Made by a program: the position numbers and the translations under genes. Positions 25,474 to 37,536 of a stretch of DNA of 64,000 bases are shown in pieces. Source of the DNA: Laetmonice hystrix (Eukaryota); NCBI GenBank assembly GCA_965235115.1, contig OZ249447.1:9672001-9736000 (forward strand), read 5' to 3'. How positions within the stretch are numbered: position 1 is the first letter of the stretch; the number at the start of each line of letters is the position of its first letter. Below the pieces are notes generated by a model. The model worked only from the letters and a program-made list of their open reading frames with translations, did not search any database and was not told the origin of the DNA.

Positions 25474-27900
25474 GTAACGCGCAGGACATGACCTTCACCT
25501 TAAACCTACCACCCGCAGGCCATCTTCGTATTCCATTATGTGAAACTATAGAAGGGAAGCTAGGAAAGCTTGGGGCTCACGGTGTCCGCCTCAAACAAGG
25601 CCAGTTAAAGTTGTTTTAATCTCCTGCAGCTAGTAGAAGTAATAACAGAGTGGGGAAGTGGTGTCGGGATGATTCTAGGTGACCTGGTAGCTGCGCTTTG
25701 TGACGGTGTCTTGTGACACGAACCGTGTCGCTGACCTGTAGGCCCACTTCGAGAAGTCGTCGCAGGGAGAAGCAACACCTGATGGCATGGGCCTCGAGTT
25801 ACTGGGAACTCACGGCCCCAGGAAAAAACTAACCGATTTGTATCCGCGCGTACGGTGTGTGTTTCTCTGAAGTGTGACGATCATGGTCGTTCTAATTATG
25901 AAGTGACTTGTGGTCCGTCTGGGCTCGTGGAGAGTGCGCCAGATTTAGAGAACGTATCATGAGATCCGGCCACAGGAGCTAACATCGGCAGTGAGTGCTG
26001 GGTGGAGATGAGTGCTGTGCTGACAGGGGAAGCTCCTCTCATTGCGGACACGATACTAAATAGCCCCATTGAGGGCCAGGATGTTTCCAGCAGTTATGTC
26101 ACGAGTGGACACGTAGGGTTTATCAAAACAGGATACTACTGAGTCCAGTCATAATTTTAGTTAAGTGTGTCTACCCTCGAGAGTTAAATCCTGCCCAGTG
26201 ACAGGCTGGTAAACCACAGTCTCTTTGTCCGCTGGCGATATGCTCTAGCTCCCCATACCTGGGACTATGACTGGGCCGGTGCAGTATAGTTTATAGCACC
26301 CTTGGAAACATTTTATAGTCATCTTTTGATGACGAAGGCAAACAGTCATAATGGTTTGGCATTATATCTAGGCCCATCTGCAGAGATATAATCCATGCAC
26401 CCAGTCCCTTCCACAACCTGGTGCATACAGTCACCTCGTATATAATCTGCTATAGGAGGTAATTGAATTATCTGACTCCACTGACATTGAAAAACTCTTC
26501 TAAAGCTTGTTCCGATTCCATTGCAATACTTCATGTGGGCATATTGCAACCACCATTCTCCGAGCTTGTATTAGATATTAACAATGCTTTATCGAGAATA
26601 CCTTTATTCTATTGAAAACGACATTTCCTTTTGTGACAGGTCTAGAATAAGATGGCCACATGTGCAGTAACAACAGAACGATATCATTATTGTGTATTCA
26701 TTGAAAAGAGATCATGTGAAAATCTGACATTGTATCCGTGTACCACTATCATCATAATATGTACATGTAGATTGTGATATCCTAAATAAATAAATGCTAA
26801 AGTTTACACTGCCCTGAACAGTTTGACACAAACCGTGTTCTGTTTATCATCCAAGTATAGTATATCAGTACACTATACCAGGATGCTCCCGAGTTTTAAT
26901 CGTTATTTTTCGGAAATAATAGATCCTTCTAGTCTAGTTGTTCCGTCAACCATGCTAGGACGTGGTGTCAATACCACGAGGACTGCGACTCATACTTCCT
27001 CGTGTGGTTAAGCTCTCTTATGTTGCTGCAAAAAGAGAATACTTCGTTTTCCGATAATACCCCTTGCCCATATCATTACACCGGCTTCATTTGCTACATT
27101 TGTACATTGATGTCAATTTAAAGTGCCAGTCGTCAGTACTGAGCCCCATATAGCGCTGGTGAAGTAGAGACCAAGTTTTCGAGAGACTCATGGACGTAGT
27201 TTGAGGGCGACAGACGCAATCCAATAAGATCTGTCGTGTTAGAAGATTGGATCAAACTTGAGATAGGTATTATTCCATTGAGTCGGCCTCGAGTTTGGGG
27301 GACACAATGGTTGCCAACACCAGTCGATTAGGCAACAAAGGCATCTTTGCTGGCCGCCACATCTGACTTAAGGCTGGGCCGTCTGAAGTGTGGCCTTCCT
27401 GACTGAGAAAGCTAGTCGATCTGAAGTATCATTATGACACTTGTCAGAGCGACGGCAGTTAGGACAGAAAGCACAAGAGCCCAATTTTTGTTTGTGTGAG
27501 TGACGAGATTACCGAGTATAGGGACCGTATTGTACTCTGCACTAAGAGACTATACGTTTGGTCAGAACAATTTGTGTTCTTTAATGAACGAGGATTGAAT
27601 ATAACTGATACAAGCAGACAAGGTTCTTGTGGGGAGACTAACTGCTCGCTGTACTAACGGCAAAAAGAAACGCAACAGCTTCAGGAATGAGAAAACTGTA
27701 GCTAAAGTTGATGTTCTTTTATAGAACGATGCCAATTTGTTTTATGCTCTATATGACCAGCAATACAGCTTGTGCATTGAGGCATTTCAACTTGCCAATG
27801 TTATTCCAACAAATAGTGTTGCGTTTCTTGTTTCCATTAGGTCTTAGATAGGTACGCATTGCTTACGGCAATTATCCAGACTTGATGCTCTAAGGGCATA

Positions 27901-28052
27901 GGCACCGGAAGTGGGGGGAGTGCCCCTCCCAATAATCTGTGATCTCGAATGAAAAAAATGCATGTTCGTCCGTGACACCCCCCCTTACTAGACATGTACC
28001 ACATTCGCTTCGGATCTCTTGCCCCCGCCAATAATAATTTGCTTCCGGCACC
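27901..28052. mobile_element. Possible small MITE-like element
   Basis: ggcaccggaag (27901-27911) versus cttccggcacc (28042-28052), 9/11 inverted match, with internal G and C runs like the other two elements. Confidence 0.3.
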
Positions 28053-28332
28053 GTTATCTAAGGGGATTGTATTTTAGATGGGAGGGGGGGGGGGGGGCTG
28101 TCTTCATTGGAAAAATACCAGAAATGCCCGATAATCCTCGACTAATGTTTCTGTGGAATATTAATGGGGCAGGTCAGCGTAGTCCTGGCGCAAGGAATGC
28201 GACAGGACATAAAACACGGGACTAATGGCCAAGAGGAACATAGTCCCAGTGGCCTCGTCTTGTGGCAGCACGCAAATGAATCCACTACGTTTACCAAGTG
28301 AAGACAGATTTAGCACTGCTTGGGCACCACGC

Positions 28333-29148
28333 ACGGGGATTGCTTTCGTCTTGAGGACGATGGGGAGGAGAGGAGGGACGGGGAGTGGTTTCTGTGAGGG
28401 TTGACGGGGATTGTTTTCGTCTTGAGGACGGACCTCACAATGGTGAGGAGGGGCGGGGAGTGGTTTCTGTGAGGGTTGACGGGGATTGTTTTCGTCTTGA
28501 GGACGAACCCCACGATGGTGAGGAGAGGAGGGGGTGGGGAGTGGTTTCTGTGAGGGTTGACGGGGATTGTTTTCGTCTTGAGGACGAACCCCACGATGGT
28601 GAGGAGAGGAGGGGGCGGGGAGTGGTTTCTGTGAGGGTTGACGGGGATTGTTTTCGTCTTGAGGACGAACCCCACGATGGTGAGGAGAGGAGGGGGCGGG
28701 GAGTGGTTTCTGTGAGGGTTGACGGGGATTGTTTTCGTCTTGAGGACGAACCCCACGATGGTGAGGAGGGGGCGGGGAGTGGTTTCTGTGAGGGTTGACG
28801 GGGATTGTTTACGTCTTGAGGACGAACCCCACGATGGTGAGGAGAGGAGGGGGCGGGGAGTGGTTTCTGTGAGGGTTGACGGGGATTGTTTACGTCTTGA
28901 GGACGAACCTCACGATGGTGAGGAGAGGAGGGGGCGGGGAGTGGTTTCTGTGAGGGTTGACGGGAATTGTTTACGTCTTGAGGACGAACCTCACGATGGT
29001 GAGGAGAGGAGGGGGCGGGGAGTGGTTTCTGTGAGTGTTGACGGGGATTGTTTTCGTCTTGAGGACGAACCCCACGATGGTGAGGAGAGGGCGCGGAGTG
29101 GTTTCTGTGAGGGTTGGCGAGGATTGTTTTCGTCTTGAGGGTTGACGG
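28333..29148. repeat. About 81-bp minisatellite (75/76/81-bp units), about 10 copies
   Basis: Anchor gaggacg at 28353, 28424, 28499, 28580, 28661, 28742, 28818, 28899, 28980, 29061; source of the 137/139/148-aa repetitive ORFs. Confidence 0.97.
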
Positions 29149-31839
29149 AAGTCGTGGACGCTGAACCAGCCCATTGACCTCACCTGTGGACGGTCATAAT
29201 CAATGGAGTTTTCAAGGAACAGACCGAGGTCCTGAGCCTCTGGTCGGGCGAAGTGTTGCCATTCTTATTGAACCCCACCGAACAGACCCCTCCATAACCA
29301 AGGAGTTCCACATGGCCTGGGATTTGTACAACCGCCTCAAGGCTACGAAAACAAAGCGTAGCGCCTTGAAACACCTGAGGCCGAGGGTTAACGCGCTGTT
29401 GATATAATGGTATCTTCCCGTTACATAAAGCAGGTGACAGAAATACTCGGAAAAACTCGCGGCAGGCCTAGCACTGCAAGTACCTGGCTTATTGACACCT
29501 GAACACACATTGAACGACCTTGGGGTCGGTAAAAAACCTCCCTAATCTTTCTAACCCCAGCAACACTTGTAAGCCGGGAGGTCTGGTCTGCTGAGAACTA
29601 GGAAGAAGCGCCAGCTATTCGCTTCACGACGAAGATTGCCTCCAGATAACGAATGAATGTGCCCTGTCAACACGTTTATTGGACACCTGTCAATCACTGG
29701 AGACTGGGGCGGGGAACACTTTGGTATCGCCGGCAATCCGATGTATTGACCCATAAGATCGTTAACAAGCTGAGCGCAGAGACCATGGCACTGGACAAAG
29801 GCCGGACACTCGACTATCAGTGCTGTTATGTGAGCCGCAACTTATATTGGGGATTGGAAATGGTTCCCCTGACAATACCACGCTGTAGTTATTATTTATT
29901 TCCCAACTGGGCCATGAGCAATAAGGACGACCGGCCCCTAACGGCGGAGAGTCTATAGACTCTGGAGACTTTGGGCGTGGGAATTAAAGATCGGTGTCAA
30001 GAGAATATCGTGGCGACGTGTGGCCGTTATTTGTCGCGATATTGAATTTATGGTGGTGGAACTCGTGACGTTATATGGACGTATAATGGGATGGTATTGG
30101 CCAGACGTGGCGGCTGTAATATTGGACCGTACGTCAGTGTATAGTCCGTGTGGTGTACTCGTTACCAATGGAACATCTCAGGGTTGTCTGACGGGTGGGA
30201 TGTGGTATGAAAGGGCAAGATTGGTTCCAACTGCAGCCATCTTGTCGGACATGAAGGGCACCAATCGAGTGTGCTAGTCAGCAACCAGGGTTTGAACCAT
30301 GTTTTAAGGTCGCTGATAACGGGCCCAGAGGTTGTCAGAGGAGCTAGCAGGGCCTCCAAGGTATCACGTATATGCTGCCATGGTCCGGGATTCACAGACA
30401 CAGATGACGGCGCTGATTTGAAGTGGATCATAAAGCCGCAAAGGAGACTTGCGTCCGAAAAGAAGGTAATATTGGGCGGCCATTACCTGTGGCTCTGATT
30501 GCGTGACGCCCATGCCAATGGAACGAGCCGGATTAGTGAAATTGCCAGCTGTTGGTGTTCCAAACGGCCTGCCTCTGGAGAAGGACAGCTGTCAGTTCCT
30601 GTTTCTGATGTTCCGCCTCTGCAGTCGTTGGCTTCTTGTGTTTAAACTAATGGCACGCAAATACGTAACCCAGAACCCGTCGTCTAAATGCCACGGCCAA
30701 ACAGAAAATTACAATTTAGCCAGGAAGCGACATTCGGTTCCAAATCTCCATATTCAATTTCCCGATCCAAAATGAACTTATTTGCAAGTGTAATGCATGT
30801 TTTCCTGCGGGGCCACTAAGCTGATTTCGGTAGGGTGGCGAGTTTTTGACCAACTGCCCTGCTTACTGAGGGTCAAGGAACCATCTTCACTTTGTAATCG
30901 TTGACAGCCGACCATCGATTGGGTTCAGACTACCTGATGCCAGGGCGTGTTCGGTCCCGAACCTCACGTGCAGAGATCACGACAACGTGTTCTGCGTGTT
31001 TAAAACGTGTGTTGGGTTTCGACAAACGCTGGCCGCTACCGGTCCGAGGTAAAGGGACCGTTCTGGCGGGTTGATTGAAAACACGGCACTGGCAAGCACC
31101 GCGGGACCGTTCCGTCACGTCAAACAGCGTTCCTTTTGCAGGTCACCGCGTCCTTAGATAATTTCGCTGCTATAGTTGCAGGATTATCGCTGGTATTCCG
31201 GGGGAGCAAAAATGTAGCGGAGTTTGCAATTACTGGTCATGCCATGCTGCAGGAACGTACATTATTCTGGGCCATATGCATTTGGAAAATGGTCGACAGG
31301 AAACGGGCTGGGCGTAATTGTAGATTTGCCGGGAGACGGCGCCGTTCTACCATCAATGTAAACCGGAGGTCGGCTTCTCCAGCCCCCTATATCTGACAAA
31401 CCACTGAAAAACTTACCGCATTATTCGTGGAGGGTCGGGTAAGGTAATTTGTCCCTCAATCCATCAGTTCAGGTTGATAATTTCAGGTTGGTTCTTTAAA
31501 TGCGCGAACATAGCAAGAGCTCTGTGTGTATTAGGGGATAATTGGTTAAAACATGGGGGTTGAAAATATAATAATTTGGTTTCGCTGAGACACATGTGTC
31601 AAGAGTGTGATTATTGTCTGTGTCACAGTATGTAGTCTGCAAATTGATCCTAGCACAGTGAAAATTGAGTCTATTACCGTTTTCGGCTCGAGTCATTATC
31701 AGGGTAGCCAGGGTTATGAGGCAGGAGTGCGCCTCCCCCCGGACAAATCCAAGTCGGCAAACATTAACAGTGTGGTCTACAATTTATGAGGCTCCCTTGT
31801 CAATGCCATTCCTCAGTAATGGAGGTGTTTGTTGATGAT

Positions 31840-31883
31840 AGGCTCGCACACAGACCTGGCATCACTCCCACGTGGCAGCTAAA
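31840..31883 (+). repeat. 44-bp dispersed repeat, copy 1
   Basis: aggctcgcacacagacctggcatcactcccacgtggcagctaaa; 40/44 identical to 33289-33332. Confidence 0.9.
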
Positions 31884-32090
31884 TCCTTCTGTGTATACGC
31901 GGTTTTTTTCAAAATAAAAAACACTTCTCAAACGAACCAGCAACCCTTCTCATTAAAAAAAACATTTGGTAAACGATAGTCCTCAAATATAACGTGTTTT
32001 GAAGCACACCAGTGACAGTCTGATTAATCTCCCTTAAACGTCTGTAATGCGGGGCTGTATATCTCCACAAGTACACCCACACAGCAAGGC

Positions 32091-32262
32091 TACACACAAT
32101 GCTATAGGGTCGCCTCCCGGTACACAGCAATGCTAGGGTCGTCTCCCGGTACACAGCAATGCTAGGGTCGTCTCCCGGTACACAGCAATGCTAGGGTCGT
32201 GTCCCGGTACACAGCAATGCTAGGGTCGTCTCCCGGTACACAGCAATGCTAGGGTCGCCTCC
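32091..32262. repeat. 29-bp minisatellite, 5 copies plus a degenerate leading copy
   Basis: Unit cccggtacacagcaatgctagggtcgtct at 32116, 32145, 32174, 32203, 32232. Confidence 0.96.
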
Positions 32263-33288
32263 ACAGAACACATATACCAGTATATACAACATCTCCTATC
32301 ACTCCCACTGAGCCACTTCAAGGGAGGAAACACAAATATTAGTTCTCTCAACCAGTTGGCCACATCTCCGGCACTTGGAGTTCCACCTTGTCAGTTCTGT
32401 TGGCGGGTTGGCATCACGCGTCATTAGCCGTCAAGCTGAGCAATTCTTGTCTTCCTTACTCATCTTCACCATGTGTATAGAACTTAACAGTCTGACAATA
32501 CGGGGTTCCGTATAATATTTGGTCCCTCAACGTTACAGAGAATCTAGATATAAAATGTATTTTAGCTGTTATATGTAACCTACAATATAATTGTTGACCA
32601 TATACATGTAGTCTGTTTTGCAATGGTCCGGTGTTGCCAAGACTGTTTTGAAGAGTTGGGTTATTCTGGAAGAAACCGTTTGGTATACAGAGTCTATGCG
32701 CGTGCTCCCAGTAAAAGGGCCAGAAGCGTCAGTATTAGTGTTGAGTATATTATAGTGAAGCAATATTTCCGGCGTTTGGCAGTATCAGGGATGGAGTGTC
32801 TGAGGCTAGGTCTGCTGAGAGATGTATTATCTACTTTATTATGGACTATCAACGCTACTGACGAGCGGCACTAGATTGCCAAAACAGAGATAAGTATTGC
32901 CGTTTTGGACAAAGGCGTATTTAAGTGGTCATCAATGTTCCCCGAAGGCCGAATGATGAGAGAGGTTCCAAGGGCATTGGCGAGTGGTCACAGGTGTTGG
33001 GTTATATACATAAGTAGCCAGCCACAGTGGCCGGTGTTGGCCGCCTGGAGATGGTCTGGTTGGGTATGTTTTCGATCCTGGCGTTGGTTCAATCTTCAGG
33101 TCGTGTCTGTCGATCACGAGGAGGGGACGAGGTCCTTGGGTACTACTTCAACTCCCAACCTCTCAAGTCGGCTCCCAACCACGTGGCGGCCTGGCGACCT
33201 GTTGGGGCCAACAGTTCAACAGCTCCTTCATGACGTCTCTTTCCTTTCATTTCCGGGGCTACCCCGGTCAGCGTTCTCGGCTAAATAA

Positions 33289-33332
33289 AGGCTCGCACAC
33301 AGACCTGGCAACACTCTGGCGTGGCAGCTAAA
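33289..33332 (+). repeat. 44-bp dispersed repeat, copy 2
   Basis: aggctcgcacacagacctggcaacactctggcgtggcagctaaa; matches 31840-31883. Confidence 0.9.
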
Positions 33333-33502
33333 CAGGAAAAATGGCGGCTTAATGCGAGCAAACATATCCACTGTTTTATTGGTATCGATCTGGGTCGTTA
33401 CGACGATCATCCGCGATCGTCAATAGATACACTATCGAGTTATGGACCCACTTCGGCCAAACGCCGCCGGTGCCCAGTGTCACAATTGGCCAGAATTCAA
33501 TA

Positions 33503-33690
33503 ATGGCAGTCGTTGCCATCTCTCGATCACGACGCTCGCTACTGGTTCTCCCCCCTCCCCTCCTCCTTCTCCTCCTCCTTGCCTCAGACCAGGCAGGGTC
33601 CCTGGCCTGCTGCTGGGCTGTAGGGGGAGGCCAGGAACGAAGGAGCCTGGCCTCCGCAGGTGGCGATCGAATCTCACTCACGCCAGATCG
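33503..33690 (+). CDS. Weak candidate first exon with a signal-peptide-like Leu stretch
   Basis: MAVVAISRSRRSLLVLPPPLLLLLLLASDQAGSLA..., possible donor cg|gtaaat at 33691; YY1-like AAAATGGCGGC about 160 bp upstream. The Leu run derives from a (CTC)n low-complexity tract, so it may be spurious. Confidence 0.25.
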
Positions 33691-36604
33691 GTAAATGAAG
33701 GGCATGAGGCCACCCTCGATATAGACGAAGAAAGGAAGAAGTTGCACATTTACTCCGGTCTCTATGGTTGCCATTGCTGGGGACTAATCAGTGGGCAGGG
33801 ATAAATGTGATCATCTGGGATCTAGAGTGAATACCTTGGGAAATTGATATCACTACATTCCGGCTCATTGCTTGCCGGTTGCGTGATCAGCGTGAATAGC
33901 CCTTCTATAGTGGGCCGCGTCTGCGGTCGAGAATACCCAGACAGCCTCAGTCACAGTACCCCCAGTCAGTATATACTATAGTCATGTGGAAGACAGTATA
34001 TCATGTACTATACACTATTGTCTTCGCAGTTTAGTAAGACGTTACTGCATATTTGGTATTGGAGTCGGCCATTTTTAAGTGTCCACGTAAAAGCCACCAG
34101 CCGCCCTGGTAACATATAAATGCACTACTCAGAATAATCGATGCCGCGTATTTGCGTCCTCAAATATTTCCATGATAAGCAACACAAAGTAAATTCTTTC
34201 AATCAATCATGTAAATGAGCAGACGAAGCAACTACATTTCAATTCCATGTCAGTGCCTATTTCAGTATGCATTCGGTGTGAACATTTGTAATTAAAGTGG
34301 GGCCTTCATAATTAAGATAACGTATCAAAGCCAATCCTGGGCCTGTGGATCCAATTGGCTGTAATAACATAGTTATGTAAAGAAATTAGTCTCTCTGCCA
34401 CCCTTTTCTACCAGTCTAGGATTGTGGAAGTCGCAATTACTGTTCTTGCAGAAACTGCGGTCGGTATACCCAGATAATAGGAATTACTATCTGATCATTG
34501 CCTCTGATTCATTTGGTCGATTCTTCCAAGATAATTTCACAGTTAATAAAATCTAGCGAAAGAAATTCTCAATAACAGCGCTCTTCCGTTTTGGTGATTC
34601 TGTTTCACATCGAAATTGTAAACATAATTAGGACGTGAAAAAAATCGGGACTCAGCGCCCTTGAATGACGAACAAATTAAGGTTTTACCTCCCACTGTCC
34701 GTAATTTCTTGATACCAGTAATAAGGGAAGCTCCACGCTTGTTTGAATAAATGCTTGGCGTGTAAAAACACATCGGCCGGCCGAGTCGCCGCGAGCTGAA
34801 CATGCCTATAGAAACACTGCTATTGAGACTTCATTACAGAAACATTTATGTAACCCTACAAATAGACCCTCTCAATTGAAATGTAATCGATCTCAAACAT
34901 CTGTATTGTGACGTGGAAAGTTAGTGCTGCTCTATTTAAAAAGGCGAGCCGTGACGTCGCCATTTCGTGCACTTTCATTTTGAAAAACTTCCAGGAGCAA
35001 GCTGTTCTGGCAGGATTGTGTTTATGCATTCCTGTCATCAGGATCACGATCCAGCGCCCCCTTGCGACGAGTAAAGACAACAGTCAAATCACCTTGCTGG
35101 AGTTTCTTTCCTAAAAGGTACTGGAGTTTTCAGCCATAATTGTCAATTTAGAAACAGACTATCAGATTTCCAATGAACATGCTCTGTGATTTCTATGACC
35201 TTGCGACGAATACGTCTCGACCTAATCACAAGGGGAGAAATAGCCAACTTGATGATGGCGTTTTGTTGAACGTGGACGACCGACTCGACTAATATTGCCG
35301 AGTGTGGGCGCACGGTGGAGGGGGAGGGGGTGTCTATAGACGGCAGGTGGAGGAGGGAGGAAGGTTTGCCGTACGAGTAGAGAGGAGGGCAGTGTTAGGA
35401 CTGCCAACAACTTCCGTACTCCTCCCACTCATCACCTCATCCTTCATTTCTCCCGTACCCGCCCGGCCAGCCAGCCGCCCTCCCGGCGGAAACTGGTGTC
35501 GCGACCCGGCCGGCAGGGCCACAGTCACAATGATGCTACTTTATCAACATAACATACGACCATTCCGACTGAGCATCTGCCTGTCGTTATGTACCTGGAA
35601 TGGACACAGTGCGAACAAGGAGGATAGCGAGTAACTGTCAAGTGGTCGGTCTGTTATAGTCGGTACCTGCTGGCTAACACCTGTCTCTCGGTTGTTGATA
35701 GCGTGTAGTGTGAACTAAACGCACGCCACCTATTATTATTTCTAGCCTCTGGCTGCTCAGCCTGAGGTGCTACAACATGGTACCTTGGTCGAGCAGCGCC
35801 ATGGCTTCTGTATGCCAGCCTGCTCCTTTATTAATAACATATAGCTCTTGGAGAGTGGCGATTGGGTGCAGCAGTATTATAGTGATAGAAGTGATGGACC
35901 TTTGTAGTACTGGAGTTATTGTGATGAAAGTGTTATACATGTGATAACATAAGAAATATTAGGTGTACTGTTTTCATCATCAGATCGTTTTACCCCGGAA
36001 AACGTTGCCATAAAAACAGGATCCATGGGTAGTGGCGGGAAAGTGATGTTGTCAGTGCCTGATGCGGTCGATTGCGAGTTGGCTCAGTGAATAATAAAAA
36101 AGTTTAGGATCCTACACGCTTCCGAGAATGGTCTAATGTCCGAGTGCCCTCAGGGTCTGGTTATCGGGCGGATCTACTGTAGATCAGGGGACTTGTTTCG
36201 TAGAGCCAGTGGCTCGTTTTCCCTGCCTCTAGGAGCGGATTTATAGGCACTGTCTGAGACAATGACCGACTTTTAAAGGCTGGGCAGGGCGCCCACAATG
36301 ATGGCTCAGATTCCCTGCACATATGGACCTCAAGGATTGATATGTTTAGTACAGACTTGTGGGAGTTTCATACAACAACAAAAAGGGTATGTCAGTGATA
36401 ATGGGGCATGTCGGTTATTTAAACTACCACCTGTCTCTTGTACATACGGGCGTATTTAAAAGTATTTTATATCAACCACATAACATTGGATCATCTCTCC
36501 TCTGGGTTCAGAAGAGAATGCTCGAGTCGTAGAAAGCAGAGTTTTATTTGGGTTGAAAACGATTACATTATGTACATCAAACAATAAGTTTGGGTTAACA
36601 CCTA

Positions 36605-37436
36605 TTTCTCTGCTCAGTGATTCTATACTATGATGTAGTATGTTATATAAGCGGTGGAGGCTGGTATGTTTCTCGGCCCAGTGATTCTATACTATCATGT
36701 AGTATGTTATATAAGCGGTGGAGGCTGGTATGTTTCTCGGCCCAGTGATTCTATACTATGATGTAGTATGTTATATAAGCGGTGGAGGCTGGTATGTTTC
36801 TCGGCCCAGTGATTCTATACTATCATGTAGTATGTTATATAAGCGGGGGAGGCTGGTATGTTTCTCGGCCCAGTGATTCTATACTATGATGTAGTATGTT
36901 ATATAAGCGGTGGAGGCTGGTATGTTTCTCGGCCCAGTGATTCTATACTATGATGTAGTATGTTATATAAGCGGGGGAGGCTGGTATGTTTCTCTGCTCA
37001 GTGATTCTATACTATCATGTAGTATGTTATATAAGCGGTGGAGGCTGGTATGTTTCTCGGCCCAGTGATTCTATACTATCATGTAGTATGTTATATAAGC
37101 GGGGGAGGCTGGTATGTTTCTCGGCCCAGTGATTCTATACTATGATGTAGTATGTTATATAAGCGGGGGAGGCTGGTATGTTTCTCGGCCCAGTGATTCT
37201 ATACTATGATGTAGTATGTTATATAAGCGGTGGAGGCTGGTATGTTTCTCGGCCCAGTGATTCTATACTATGATGTAGTATGTTATATAAGCGGTGGAGG
37301 CTGGTATGTTTCTCGGCCCAGTGATTCTATACTATGATGTAGTATGTTATATAAGCAGTGGAGGCTGGTATGTTTCTCGGCCCAGTGATTCTATACTATG
37401 ATGTAGTATGTTATATAAGCGGGGGAGGCTGGTATG
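36605..37436. repeat. 64-bp minisatellite, about 13 copies
   Basis: Unit cagtgattctatactat(g/c)atgtagtatgttatataagcgg(t/g)ggaggctggtatgtttctcggcc at 36615, 36679 ... 37383. Confidence 0.98.
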
Positions 37437-37452
37437 AAGGTTTGAGGTTCAC

Positions 37453-37453
<1 letters not shown>

Positions 37454-37534
<81 letters not shown>
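37454..37534. repeat. Perfect (CAG)27 microsatellite
   Basis: 81 bp of uninterrupted CAG, counted directly. Confidence 0.98.
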
Positions 37535-37536
<2 letters not shown>

